This document shows, piece after piece, positions 19,078 to 27,781 of a stretch of DNA of 64,000 bases; the first letter of the stretch is position 1, and each line of letters opens with the position of its first letter. The stretch is from Candidatus Babelota bacterium. Its GTDB lineage: Bacteria > Babelota > Babeliae > Babelales > CAIQNR01. The translations under genes were made by a program, and so were the position numbers. The DNA lies in the NCBI GenBank assembly GCA_965658655.1, contig CBFHTA010000002.1:96001-160000 (forward strand). The letters run 5' to 3'. The notes below the pieces were generated by a model that was given only the letters and a program-made list of their open reading frames with translations, searched no databases and was not told the origin of the DNA.

Positions 19078-20271
19078 ATGCTTAATTTAAAAAAAGGTGT
19101 CGTGTGGGGCATACTTCTTTGTACTGTACAGACAGTCGCTTTTCAGGAATTTCTTTATCCTGTTGGTATCATTAAACATGAAGGTAAACACAAGGTATGT
19201 GTTTTATACCAAAAAAACTCTCACCTAGAGTTATGGTTTTGGGACCCTGAATCTCTTGAGGCCATAAAAGGACTCCTTTCTTCCTATACTCCCGGTGGCA
19301 TTAGGGTTTTGCCTAGCAAAACAGCGATTAGTTTTATTGATAATGATTTTATACGTATTAAAGTTCTTGCTAAACGTTCTCCCGGAACTCTCGATTTGCC
19401 CTATGGCCCTTACGATTTAAGCACTATTGAATGGATCGACGATCAATCATTTTATTTTTGCGCACGAGCTGGAGAGCATCTTAATTTATTTCATGCTACC
19501 AGAGAAGGGGAGCTCTCTTACCTTACAAGATCAACTAATACTCATTATAGTTATCCTCAAAAAATAGAAGGAACGCTCTTTTATTTGGCTAAAACAGATA
19601 AGGGTGAAACAACCCTTGAGCAAGCAGAATATCCCATTAAAAACTTGCCTTCTCGAACGTGGGGTCAAGAACAGAATTTTAAAGAACAGCTTAAAAAACT
19701 TTTTGATGAAGAAAACGATACTTTTACCCAAACCTATTTAAATCCTGTCACCCAGAAAAAACTCTATACTTGGGCAGATCCAGAAAGAGAATTGGCGTTT
19801 CTTTTTATGAAGAATGCTAATAAAGGTTACTTTTTAACACATCCTGCTACCATAGGCCGTAGTGACAATCATATGACTTTTGAGTGTTATACCTTTGTAT
19901 GTGACTCTGAGGTTGTACCCAAAAGACTCTTTTCATTTGATATACCATTATATTTATTGATGCCCAAACACAATCAACCGGAGCGTCTTTATGAATCTAT
20001 TCTTCCATTGTTGCCTATGTACTACAAAGATGCCGTATATTATACCCATGATTCTGGAACAGGATTGAAACTTTATAAATACAATGAAGTTGAAGACAAA
20101 AGTGAGATGGTAACTTACTCAGAAAATGCTCATCATTTTGCACCACTTTGTTATGGGAACAAAATCTATTACGGAGGAACTGTTTCTTATGGTGACGGCT
20201 TGTCTCACACATCTCCAGAAATATGGATGAATGAAAATGGAGACCACAAATTTGCATTTCCGATTTTATAA
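19078..20271 (+). CDS. Secreted hypothetical protein, possibly beta-propeller-like
   Basis: Signal peptide ending TVA; aromatic beta-strand-rich sequence; starts 10 nt after the subtilase stop. Confidence 0.6.
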   Translation: MLNLKKGVVWGILLCTVQTVAFQEFLYPVGIIKHEGKHKVCVLYQKNSHLELWFWDPESLEAIKGLLSSYTPGGIRVLPSKTAISFIDNDFIRIKVLAKRSPGTLDLPYGPYDLSTIEWIDDQSFYFCARAGEHLNLFHATREGELSYLTRSTNTHYSYPQKIEGTLFYLAKTDKGETTLEQAEYPIKNLPSRTWGQEQNFKEQLKKLFDEENDTFTQTYLNPVTQKKLYTWADPERELAFLFMKNANKGYFLTHPATIGRSDNHMTFECYTFVCDSEVVPKRLFSFDIPLYLLMPKHNQPERLYESILPLLPMYYKDAVYYTHDSGTGLKLYKYNEVEDKSEMVTYSENAHHFAPLCYGNKIYYGGTVSYGDGLSHTSPEIWMNENGDHKFAFPIL

Positions 20272-20319
20272 AAAATCTTCAAAATTTATCTTTTAATTTA
20301 ATATTTGAAGGATTTTATT

Positions 20320-20347
20320 TTTTAACATAATCATCATTATCAGTTTT
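20320..20347 (-). other. dif: dif site (XerCD chromosome dimer resolution)
   Basis: Minus strand AAAACTGATAA-TGATGA-TTATGTTAAAA: 11-6-11 layout, XerD arm 10/11 identical to TTATGTTAAAT, inner ATAA/TTAT symmetry; intergenic between convergent genes. Confidence 0.85.
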
Positions 20348-20360
20348 CGTATAAGCTCCG

Positions 20361-20825
20361 CTATTGCTGATATGTCAGTATAACAATCGGTATCATTGTA
20401 TCAAGATGATAATTAAACAGTTGTTGTTCAAATGAGTAAATCCATGGCATTTTCACTAGTCCTGGTGTTGCTTCAATCCATAAGAAGTCATAATAAAAAT
20501 GCTCTATAAAGAACGTTTCTACCCCTTCTTGATTTATGGGTTGATCAAGTATCGGTAGAATGTTTTGAGCCGGTAAACAAAGAGCCGATTGGTCAGCTGT
20601 TAAGAACCCAATTTCTTGATGCCACTGGAGTGCTTCTAATTGTTCCAAAATCAATTGCCGACCGCTTTTAAGATTCGGTACAGTTAATGTATGTACGCCT
20701 GGGGTTATGAAGATGGTCTGTAGATAAAGAATGTCCGCTTCGGTGTATGGAGTTAAAATTCTTCTTGAATCCCCCTCAGCTCCAATGATGGTCTGTTCGT
20801 ACTCGTGTATTACTCGATTGTTCAT
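20361..20825 (-). CDS. Hypothetical protein
   Basis: Open frame with GGAGG RBS before MNNRV; no recognised family. Confidence 0.7.
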   Translation of the reverse strand: MNNRVIHEYEQTIIGAEGDSRRILTPYTEADILYLQTIFITPGVHTLTVPNLKSGRQLILEQLEALQWHQEIGFLTADQSALCLPAQNILPILDQPINQEGVETFFIEHFYYDFLWIEATPGLVKMPWIYSFEQQLFNYHLDTMIPIVILTYQQ

Positions 20826-20937
20826 TTTGAGCCTCCCTCCGCTCAAAATTGTTTGTCGATAGTTTCAATGAACGCTTCCTTTTTTCCATCGTTTTTTAGT
20901 GTAAATCCAATCGTTGGATTATTACAAGAGTTTCCAG

Positions 20938-21429
20938 TCACTTTAACATATGATATGGATTTTTTTGTTGCCAAACCCCACAAAGAGTAATAGCCAAAGC
21001 ATCTGTAACATCGTCTCTTTGAGGCGATTTAAGTCTTGGCAACAATTGGTATATAACACGTGCAACTTGTTCCTTGCTAGCTCCACCCGATCCTGTAACA
21101 GCAGATTTAACTTGGCGTGGTGCAAATTCATGGAGCTCAAGTTGATGTTTATGAGTAAGTAGGTAAAGAATACCTCTTAAATACCCTAACTTCATAAAAT
21201 TCTGTGCGTTTTTGCCCAAGAACGGTGTTTCTATAGCAAGATGGGTTACAGAGTGTTCTTGCACCTTTTTATCGAAAAATTCATGAAAAAGACCTGTTCG
21301 TTCAATAAGGCTTTTTTTTGGAGGTAACCGTAAAAAGCCATAATCGAGAATACCTACTTGGGTACCGTCTTTTTTAGCTACTCCAAACCCGGCAAACCTA
21401 AATCCGGGGTCTACTCCAAGCAAAACCAC
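20938..21429 (-). CDS. ruvC: Holliday junction resolvase RuvC
   Basis: LGVDPG, AIE, VKSAVTGSGGASKEQV, DDVTDALAI. Confidence 0.96.
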   Translation of the reverse strand: MVLLGVDPGFRFAGFGVAKKDGTQVGILDYGFLRLPPKKSLIERTGLFHEFFDKKVQEHSVTHLAIETPFLGKNAQNFMKLGYLRGILYLLTHKHQLELHEFAPRQVKSAVTGSGGASKEQVARVIYQLLPRLKSPQRDDVTDALAITLCGVWQQKNPYHMLK

Positions 21430-21453
21430 TTCTCTCCCCTCTCCTTATGGGTT

Positions 21454-22158
21454 CTAAAATCTTAAGTGATGAACATAATAAACAGGAATATTTCGTAAAA
21501 CAAGAACAGTTTTATCAAGGTGGCTCTCTTTAAACTTATTTACTAGCTCATATTGTTTTTTAAATTGTGAACGCTTTTCAGAATCCATAAATATTCTTGA
21601 AAGAGTGGAGCTTCCAGCACCTTCTACATAAGATATTCGACCACCTGGAACAATCCATTTTTCATAAGATTGTATAACCTTTCCAGTAATTTCTGGAGGT
21701 AATAAATTAAAAGGCAGTGTTGAAATAATTACGTCATATTGTTGAGTTGGCTGCCATTGAGTAATATCCGTTTGGTGAATAGTTACGTAACCATTATCTT
21801 TAAACTCATTTTTAAGTGCCTGAGCAAATACCGCGTTAATTTCTATTGCATCAAGACTGTACTGTTTCCCTTTTAAATAACTGGTAATTTCTCTAGTGCA
21901 TACACCTGTACCAGAGCCTACTTCTAGAATTCGTAAAGGTTCTTTACCAATATCTAAACAACTAACAATTTCTCTTGTTACATATTTTGAAGACGGTGCG
22001 CATGACCCAACAACTTTTGGATTAAAAACCCATTCTTTAACAAACGGCTTAAGCCCATCTCCACACATTTCATTTACGCCGTAACCTACAAGGGCTCCAC
22101 AAGTAATGATCGCTGCAAAAAGAACTAAATTTATCTTTTTCCGATATAAATTTTTCAT
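21454..22158 (-). CDS. Class I SAM-dependent methyltransferase, PmtA-like phospholipid N-methyltransferase, with N-terminal TM
   Basis: P..VGS.APSS, ILEVGSGTG, DVIISTLPF, VLRNIP. Confidence 0.8.
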   Translation of the reverse strand: MKNLYRKKINLVLFAAIITCGALVGYGVNEMCGDGLKPFVKEWVFNPKVVGSCAPSSKYVTREIVSCLDIGKEPLRILEVGSGTGVCTREITSYLKGKQYSLDAIEINAVFAQALKNEFKDNGYVTIHQTDITQWQPTQQYDVIISTLPFNLLPPEITGKVIQSYEKWIVPGGRISYVEGAGSSTLSRIFMDSEKRSQFKKQYELVNKFKESHLDKTVLVLRNIPVYYVHHLRF

Positions 22159-22178
22159 ACGTATCCTTTAGAATGCAT

Positions 22179-23555
22179 TTAGAATGATTCAGGGGCATCC
22201 TCAAACTTCATGATCTCTTTTAAGAAATGTAAGTTAACGATACCAGTGGGTCCGTTACGTTGTTTACCGACAATAAGCTCTGCGGCTGCTGGATTTTCGG
22301 TATCTGGATTGTAAACTATATCTCGATAGATAAACATAATTACGTCAGCATCTTGCTCAATCGCTCCAGATTCACGTAAGTCGGAAAGCATAGGACGTTT
22401 GTCCATACGACTATCAACACCACGGGAAAGCTGAGACAAAGCCAATATGGGAATCTCTAGTTCTTTAGCTAATGCTTTAAGTGCACGAGAGATTTCGGAC
22501 ACTTCTTGATGTCTATTTTCGTGTCGTCGACCACTATGTAATAGCTGCAAGTAATCGATAACAATAAGATCTACACCGTGCTGCGCTTTAAGTTTCCGAG
22601 CTTTTGCTCGAAGTGCCATAATATCTAGTCCCGCAGTATCATCGATAAACAATTTAGCTTCTGCTAAACGCGCAGCAACATTAGTTAATTCAACCCATTC
22701 ATCCGAAGTGATAGTTGCATTCCTAATAGACTGATGAGCAATAGTAGATTCAGATGTTAGTAAACGAAGTGTTAATTGTTCGGCAGACATCTCCAAAGAA
22801 AACACACCAACAGAGAGGCCATTGGCAGCAGCATGTGCTGCAACATTAAGACCAATAATGGTTTTCCCCATCGAAGGTCTTCCTGCCAAAACAACCATAT
22901 CACCTTTTTGTAATCCAGAAGTCATCTGGTCCAAAACGTTGTACCCCGTAGAAATTCCCGTAAGTCCAGCACTGTTGCTTTTGATGTCAGATAAATGCTG
23001 AAATGTTTTCTTTAACCAAATGTTTAACTGAACAAAGTTCTGTTCGGTTCTTCGATTAGAGATTTGAAAAATGGTTTTTTCGGCCGTATCTAAAATTCCA
23101 CTAATTTCTTGATCTTCTTGGTTGTAACACGTGGTAATAATGTTGGTCGCTGAATTTATAAGCTCCCGCAGAACAGCTTTTTCTTTAATGATTTTACCGT
23201 GCTGTGTAACTAAACCAAGCGCAGGGATATTCTCTTGAAGACCTAATAAGTAGGCTACACCGCCTACTTTCTCAAGCGCTCCCTTCTTTTCTAATTCATT
23301 CTGGAGTGTGACTATATCAAGACGTTCGTTACGTTGCGAGAGTGTAACAATACCTTCATAAATTGCTTTATGAGAATGAATATAAAAATCATCTGGAGTA
23401 AGAACTTCTACCGCTTGAGCAACATTCTCATCATTAAGCAAAAGGGCCCCCAGAAGAGCTTTTTCTGCCTCTATGGCTGCAGGCAACTTTTTACCTAAAG
23501 CTCGTTCTGTAGTACCAGTATTTTTGAAGGAATTTTTCTGGGGTACACCCATCAC
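22179..23555 (-). CDS. dnaB: Replicative DNA helicase
   Basis: AGRPSMGKT, FSLEMS, IDYLQL, SQLSR, SDLRESGAIEQDAD, KQRNGPTG. Confidence 0.98.
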   Translation of the reverse strand: MMGVPQKNSFKNTGTTERALGKKLPAAIEAEKALLGALLLNDENVAQAVEVLTPDDFYIHSHKAIYEGIVTLSQRNERLDIVTLQNELEKKGALEKVGGVAYLLGLQENIPALGLVTQHGKIIKEKAVLRELINSATNIITTCYNQEDQEISGILDTAEKTIFQISNRRTEQNFVQLNIWLKKTFQHLSDIKSNSAGLTGISTGYNVLDQMTSGLQKGDMVVLAGRPSMGKTIIGLNVAAHAAANGLSVGVFSLEMSAEQLTLRLLTSESTIAHQSIRNATITSDEWVELTNVAARLAEAKLFIDDTAGLDIMALRAKARKLKAQHGVDLIVIDYLQLLHSGRRHENRHQEVSEISRALKALAKELEIPILALSQLSRGVDSRMDKRPMLSDLRESGAIEQDADVIMFIYRDIVYNPDTENPAAAELIVGKQRNGPTGIVNLHFLKEIMKFEDAPESF

Positions 23556-23570
23556 ATAGTGCTTTCTTAG

Positions 23571-24026
23571 TTATGCAGATTTTTTTTCAGGAACAATCTT
23601 AAGCGTAAAGGTAGACTCTAATTTTGAAGTTAGTTTAACACCAACTGCAAATTCACCTTTTTCTTTAATGTTCTTTTTAAATTTTACCTGGCTTTTAGAG
23701 ATGGTCACTCCCTCTTTGGCTAATAGATCAACAACCTCTGATGGACTAATTGAACCATAAAGCTTACCGTCATCATGCATTTTACGCTCTAAAGAAAGCT
23801 TAAGACTCTTAATCTTTTCTCCCAACATTGATGTTTGAGAAGAAATAACTTCTTTTCTGTGCTCAACGGTTTTTGTTCGAGCGGCATAAAAGGCTTCGTT
23901 TTGAGGAGTAATCTTTACCGCCATCTTTTTAGGAATTAAAAAGTTTTGAGCGTAACCTTCTTTTACTTTAAGAACTTCTCCAGCCATACCTACATTTTCT
24001 ACATTTTTTAATAAATATACTTTCAT
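23571..24026 (-). CDS. rplI: 50S ribosomal protein L9
   Basis: MKVYLLKNV...VKEGYAQNFLIP, GKLYGSI. Confidence 0.97.
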   Translation of the reverse strand: MKVYLLKNVENVGMAGEVLKVKEGYAQNFLIPKKMAVKITPQNEAFYAARTKTVEHRKEVISSQTSMLGEKIKSLKLSLERKMHDDGKLYGSISPSEVVDLLAKEGVTISKSQVKFKKNIKEKGEFAVGVKLTSKLESTFTLKIVPEKKSA

Positions 24027-24180
24027 GCATATCCTTTGATAGTTATTGGTTTCCCTCCTAAATTTAATTCAGTATAAAGGAAAAGAACGAACTTGAAAAA
24101 TGTAAGATCTTATTTTTTATATTATGGAGCGAGCTTTTAACTGAGCGAATCATTTCTAACTATAATAATATTAATCCAAA

Positions 24181-24213
24181 AGAAAAACCCAACGGAAAGA
24201 ATTCCGTTGGGTT
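24181..24213 (-). terminator. Intrinsic terminator after the small ORF 24239..24379
   Basis: Perfect 12-bp stem AACCCAACGGAA/TTCCGTTGGGTT with T-rich tail on the minus strand. Confidence 0.8.
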
Positions 24214-24238
24214 AGGGTATCTTAATTTTTGTTAAGAC

Positions 24239-24379
24239 TTACTTCCAAAAGCGTCTAATTTTTTCCGCTTGTTGGTTTTCTCCATTTCCCCTTGTTTCTT
24301 CTTTGACTTTTACTGGAACTTTTTCAGCTCCGGTCATCCAGTTTCGTAACTTTTCTAATTGTCGTTCTATAAAATTCAT
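24239..24379 (-). CDS. 46-aa small protein
   Basis: AGGAGG RBS before MNFIERQLEKLRNWMTG...KIRRFWK; has its own terminator. Confidence 0.65.
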   Translation of the reverse strand: MNFIERQLEKLRNWMTGAEKVPVKVKEETRGNGENQQAEKIRRFWK

Positions 24380-24555
24380 GCTGCCTCCTGTCATTATGAA
24401 AAGTTTGCCTACCCTTGAGCTCAATTTAACTCCATTACTACTTAAACATAATTATACTATTTGAAATATTAAAAAGCAAGAGCTTGGAATTTTTATTTTT
24501 TTATATTGAGCTTATTTAACCTTAAACTACTTAAGCTTAATCCTCGGTTAAAAAA

Positions 24556-25782
24556 TTAAAAATTGCTCCGCCAGGAGCAATAAAAGAGCGCTGTATTCTT
24601 TTCAAGAGCATTCATTTGAGCTAAAAGGTTCATAAGTTCAGGAAAATACGATAAAGAGAAATAGCTGTCATTAACAAGAGCTATAGCTTGTTTACAACTA
24701 GGCATGAGCCAAAAAGTCTCAGAGCATACCATTGGAGTTATTGAAGGTAAAAATTCCGTTTTTAGTAACCGGGCACCTGTCGTGCCCGGCGTAAATGATT
24801 CCTTTGTTGATAAAAATAAAGAGTTTCCTTTTCTTAAAATCTGAGACGAATTTGTTTTTTCAAAAAAAGGAATCAAATGTGTTTTGTCATAATAAAAAAT
24901 TATACGACCTTGATATATATTATAAAAGGTGTTTCGGAGTTTTCCATTGTTTCTTCGGTATGACCCTAAAATCAAGTGCTTGTTGTCCTTTAACGCATTG
25001 TCTGTCCACATTCTTATTGCGTACCTATGTTCATGTAGTGGCCATGGGAATACTGATTCGGGTAAAATAAGCACCCTCTTTTTAGGATATTTTTGAATTG
25101 TTTTAATTAAGGTGTGGCAAATTTCTTGCGCGCGCTCGTATGGCTTCTGCTCGTTCCAGCGGTGAGATATTCCAATACATTTTTTTTTCCAATCGCTTTG
25201 CTGTTCACTTGCTGGGACTGTAAAAAAGAGCGCTATAGTTAAAAAAATAGGCAAGAAAACATGTTCATATGCAATTAAAACTTGAATTGTAACAAGTCCT
25301 ATTAGTAGCCCTATTTTTCCAATAAGTGGTAACAGGCCAAGATGGCCACCATAAGCAATGGGTACTATCGGCAACGCAAAAGGATATCCTTCGAGGTAAC
25401 CAAAGAATGGCGTTAACACGGCATAGTTAATAAATATAAAAAAAAGTGATGTAACAACACACTGGACCGACAGAGATTGAATTCTTATGCTACAAAACCA
25501 AAACCCTGTGAATAATGCAAACCAACAAATAACAATACCGGGAGCAAAGAAACGAAACAACCCTTCTCCTTGCTCAATAGAGAGAAACCACACAGCCAAA
25601 AGCTGTAAGGTGTAAGTAATGAAGCCCCACGTAAAGCCATGAAAAAAAGTAAATTTTTTAAATCGAGCTACATAAAAAAGAGGAACTAAAAAAAGAAAAG
25701 TACTCCACCAGAAAAAAGGCATCCATAAAAAGGAGGCGGCATAAAGTGCCGCCGAAATTATTACGTATAACCAAATGTTCAT
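24556..25782 (-). CDS. lnt: Divergent apolipoprotein N-acyltransferase
   Basis: Multi-TM N-half plus nitrilase-fold triad motifs LPES, YDKTHLIPF.E, VCSE; NDSYF. Confidence 0.8.
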   Translation of the reverse strand: MNIWLYVIISAALYAASFLWMPFFWWSTFLFLVPLFYVARFKKFTFFHGFTWGFITYTLQLLAVWFLSIEQGEGLFRFFAPGIVICWFALFTGFWFCSIRIQSLSVQCVVTSLFFIFINYAVLTPFFGYLEGYPFALPIVPIAYGGHLGLLPLIGKIGLLIGLVTIQVLIAYEHVFLPIFLTIALFFTVPASEQQSDWKKKCIGISHRWNEQKPYERAQEICHTLIKTIQKYPKKRVLILPESVFPWPLHEHRYAIRMWTDNALKDNKHLILGSYRRNNGKLRNTFYNIYQGRIIFYYDKTHLIPFFEKTNSSQILRKGNSLFLSTKESFTPGTTGARLLKTEFLPSITPMVCSETFWLMPSCKQAIALVNDSYFSLSYFPELMNLLAQMNALEKNTALFYCSWRSNF

Positions 25783-25791
25783 GAAAAGTGG

Positions 25792-25920
25792 TTATTCTCC
25801 ACCCTGCTGAGATTCATCGCCTTCATTGCTCTCTGGTTTGCCCTTAGAATCATCATTGTTGTCTCCACCACAACACCCGCCTTCTTCTCCATCAAAGTAA
25901 AATAAGAATTTTTTCAACAT
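25792..25920 (-). CDS. 42-aa acidic peptide with GGCCGG motif
   Basis: Not in the ORF track; AAGGAGAG RBS; MLKKFLFYFDGEEGGCCGGDNNDDSKGKPESNEGDESQQGGE; stops 9 nt before the lnt start. Confidence 0.6.
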   Translation of the reverse strand: MLKKFLFYFDGEEGGCCGGDNNDDSKGKPESNEGDESQQGGE

Positions 25921-26027
25921 GACTCTCCTTCCCGTTAATAAAAAATTATTTAACTCTAGATTTTGAACGTAGCTCGACTTTACAGAGAATTCAAGCCTTT
26001 ACTTAAGGTTAAATACCAAAAACTCCT

Positions 26028-26080
26028 TTGACTTTGAAAGACCCCCCCTTTAAACTGAACTCCTAAATTTAGAAAAAAAC
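26028..26080 (+). promoter_or_regulatory. Sigma70 promoter plus shared leader motif
   Basis: TTGACT-17-TAAACT, then ACTCCTAAATTTAGAAAAAAAC (similar to 46189-46210). Confidence 0.65.
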
Positions 26081-26096
26081 TGTAAAGGCCAATCAT

Positions 26097-27692
26097 ATGA
26101 AAAAAATAATACTACTACTTATTAGTCTTATCTCGATCGTTCCTAGTTCAGCATTAACGAATAATATACCTGGAGGAAACGCTCTGTTACCAATGCCATC
26201 CGAACAAGAGATGCAAGAAATCCAGAAATTTCTTGATACATTAAGTCCCGACGAACTTGATGAGTTGGCAAAAATTGGTGAAGAAATTATTCAAACTGCA
26301 GAAAAAGAAGGTCGTCCACTTTTTGGCCCAGCAGCAAACGCACAACCAATACAAAAAGCAAAACCTCAACCGGCAAAACCAATAACGACTGCTCATACAG
26401 TTAAACCTCAAGACCCTGTAAAGCCCAAAGAACGAACCCTTTCCTCTAAAGAAAAGGCACGCATTCAAGGGATACTTTCAGGATTAGTTGACGCAATTGC
26501 TTCTATTCGTCAAAAGGCAACAAGCGATGAGACTCTCATTCAGTTGCTTGCACCATTAAATACAACGCTCAACGATCTCACTTATTATTTGAACGTTGTA
26601 AACTACAGCAAACACTTAGTGCAGTTAACAAATAAAGAATTTGCTCCACTCAATAACAATCTAAGAAAACTTTATGAGCAAGTTGATGAGATAGACTCAC
26701 AGCTTGATGTTCCAGAACTTGAAATGAGTAAAAAACAGTCTTCTGATGATTTAAAAAAACAACACCAAAAAATAAAAAAGGCTGCTCGAATATTAGATAC
26801 ATTTAGATCAATCATGGACAGTGGAATTAAACAAAAGCATGTACTTATGGATCTTGAGCGTCTTGTTAAAAAATACGAACCAGAAGCACTCAAAATCAAA
26901 AAAGAACAAGAAGAAAAAGAAAAAAAGGCAAGCACACAAAGCACCAGCTTACCAGTAACCAATGTTGCTCGAACCTATAGAGCTACTGATGGTAGTGCAA
27001 CACGAGCAACACAAAACTATGCCAGACGCCCAGGAGCTTATGGAGGCTCATCAGGATACACTCCTCCTACAAGGTCGGGAACATCAAGAAATTTCGCTGG
27101 ATCAAATGCTAAGCCTTCCAATTTTGGTACTGGCGCTAATGAAAAAACAACTCCTTCTGGGGCAAAAAAAGACAGTAACAATGCTTCAAACAAAAAGAAA
27201 GAGGCAACTGAGCCTGCAAACCCTCAAAAACCTACTGAAGTAGATAAGATTAATGCTTTAGAAGAAAAAATTAAAATGAAAATGGAAGTCATCAACCATA
27301 CTACTGGTATCCACCAGGATAAACTTAACAGTTTCCTAGATGATTATTTACCAATGGCAGATCCGGTAATCGATCACATTAGTGAAGATTTCACCAATGT
27401 TGTGGAAACTATTTCATTTGAGCTTTATAGAATTAAGAAAGACGTTACCAATTGGGTTTCTAAAATCAACCAACAAGCAACCGGCCGAAATGAATACAAC
27501 AAACACAGAAAACGGTTAAAAACCTATATGGAGAACAGCATGCGAGAAGTTTACACATTCCATAAGAAGGTGAAAAGCAATGCAGGATTACTTGCTCAAA
27601 CATCACCTCGTGTAACAAGACACAAAGAAAGCATTAATCAACTGATTAAACATGTTGATGATATTAAGAAAGACTTAACTAAAGCACCCTAA
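26097..27692 (+). CDS. Secreted helical hypothetical protein with low-complexity linkers
   Basis: Signal peptide MKKIILLLISLISIVPSSA; 531-aa ORF with its own promoter and terminator. Confidence 0.8.
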   Translation: MKKIILLLISLISIVPSSALTNNIPGGNALLPMPSEQEMQEIQKFLDTLSPDELDELAKIGEEIIQTAEKEGRPLFGPAANAQPIQKAKPQPAKPITTAHTVKPQDPVKPKERTLSSKEKARIQGILSGLVDAIASIRQKATSDETLIQLLAPLNTTLNDLTYYLNVVNYSKHLVQLTNKEFAPLNNNLRKLYEQVDEIDSQLDVPELEMSKKQSSDDLKKQHQKIKKAARILDTFRSIMDSGIKQKHVLMDLERLVKKYEPEALKIKKEQEEKEKKASTQSTSLPVTNVARTYRATDGSATRATQNYARRPGAYGGSSGYTPPTRSGTSRNFAGSNAKPSNFGTGANEKTTPSGAKKDSNNASNKKKEATEPANPQKPTEVDKINALEEKIKMKMEVINHTTGIHQDKLNSFLDDYLPMADPVIDHISEDFTNVVETISFELYRIKKDVTNWVSKINQQATGRNEYNKHRKRLKTYMENSMREVYTFHKKVKSNAGLLAQTSPRVTRHKESINQLIKHVDDIKKDLTKAP

Positions 27693-27707
27693 GGTTAATA
27701 AGTAAGT

Positions 27708-27744
27708 AAAAAAAAAGACCGGTTTTAAAACTGGTCTTTTTTTT
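27708..27744. terminator. Bidirectional intrinsic terminator
   Basis: A9-GACCGGTT...AACTGGTC-T8 between convergent genes. Confidence 0.85.
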
Positions 27745-27781
27745 AGTCTTTATCGCAGTCTCTTCAAAAGAGACATTGTCG

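Noticed and set aside
20361..20825. Degenerate P-loop NTPase (DFLWIE as Walker B)
   Set aside because: No Walker A; resemblance too weak
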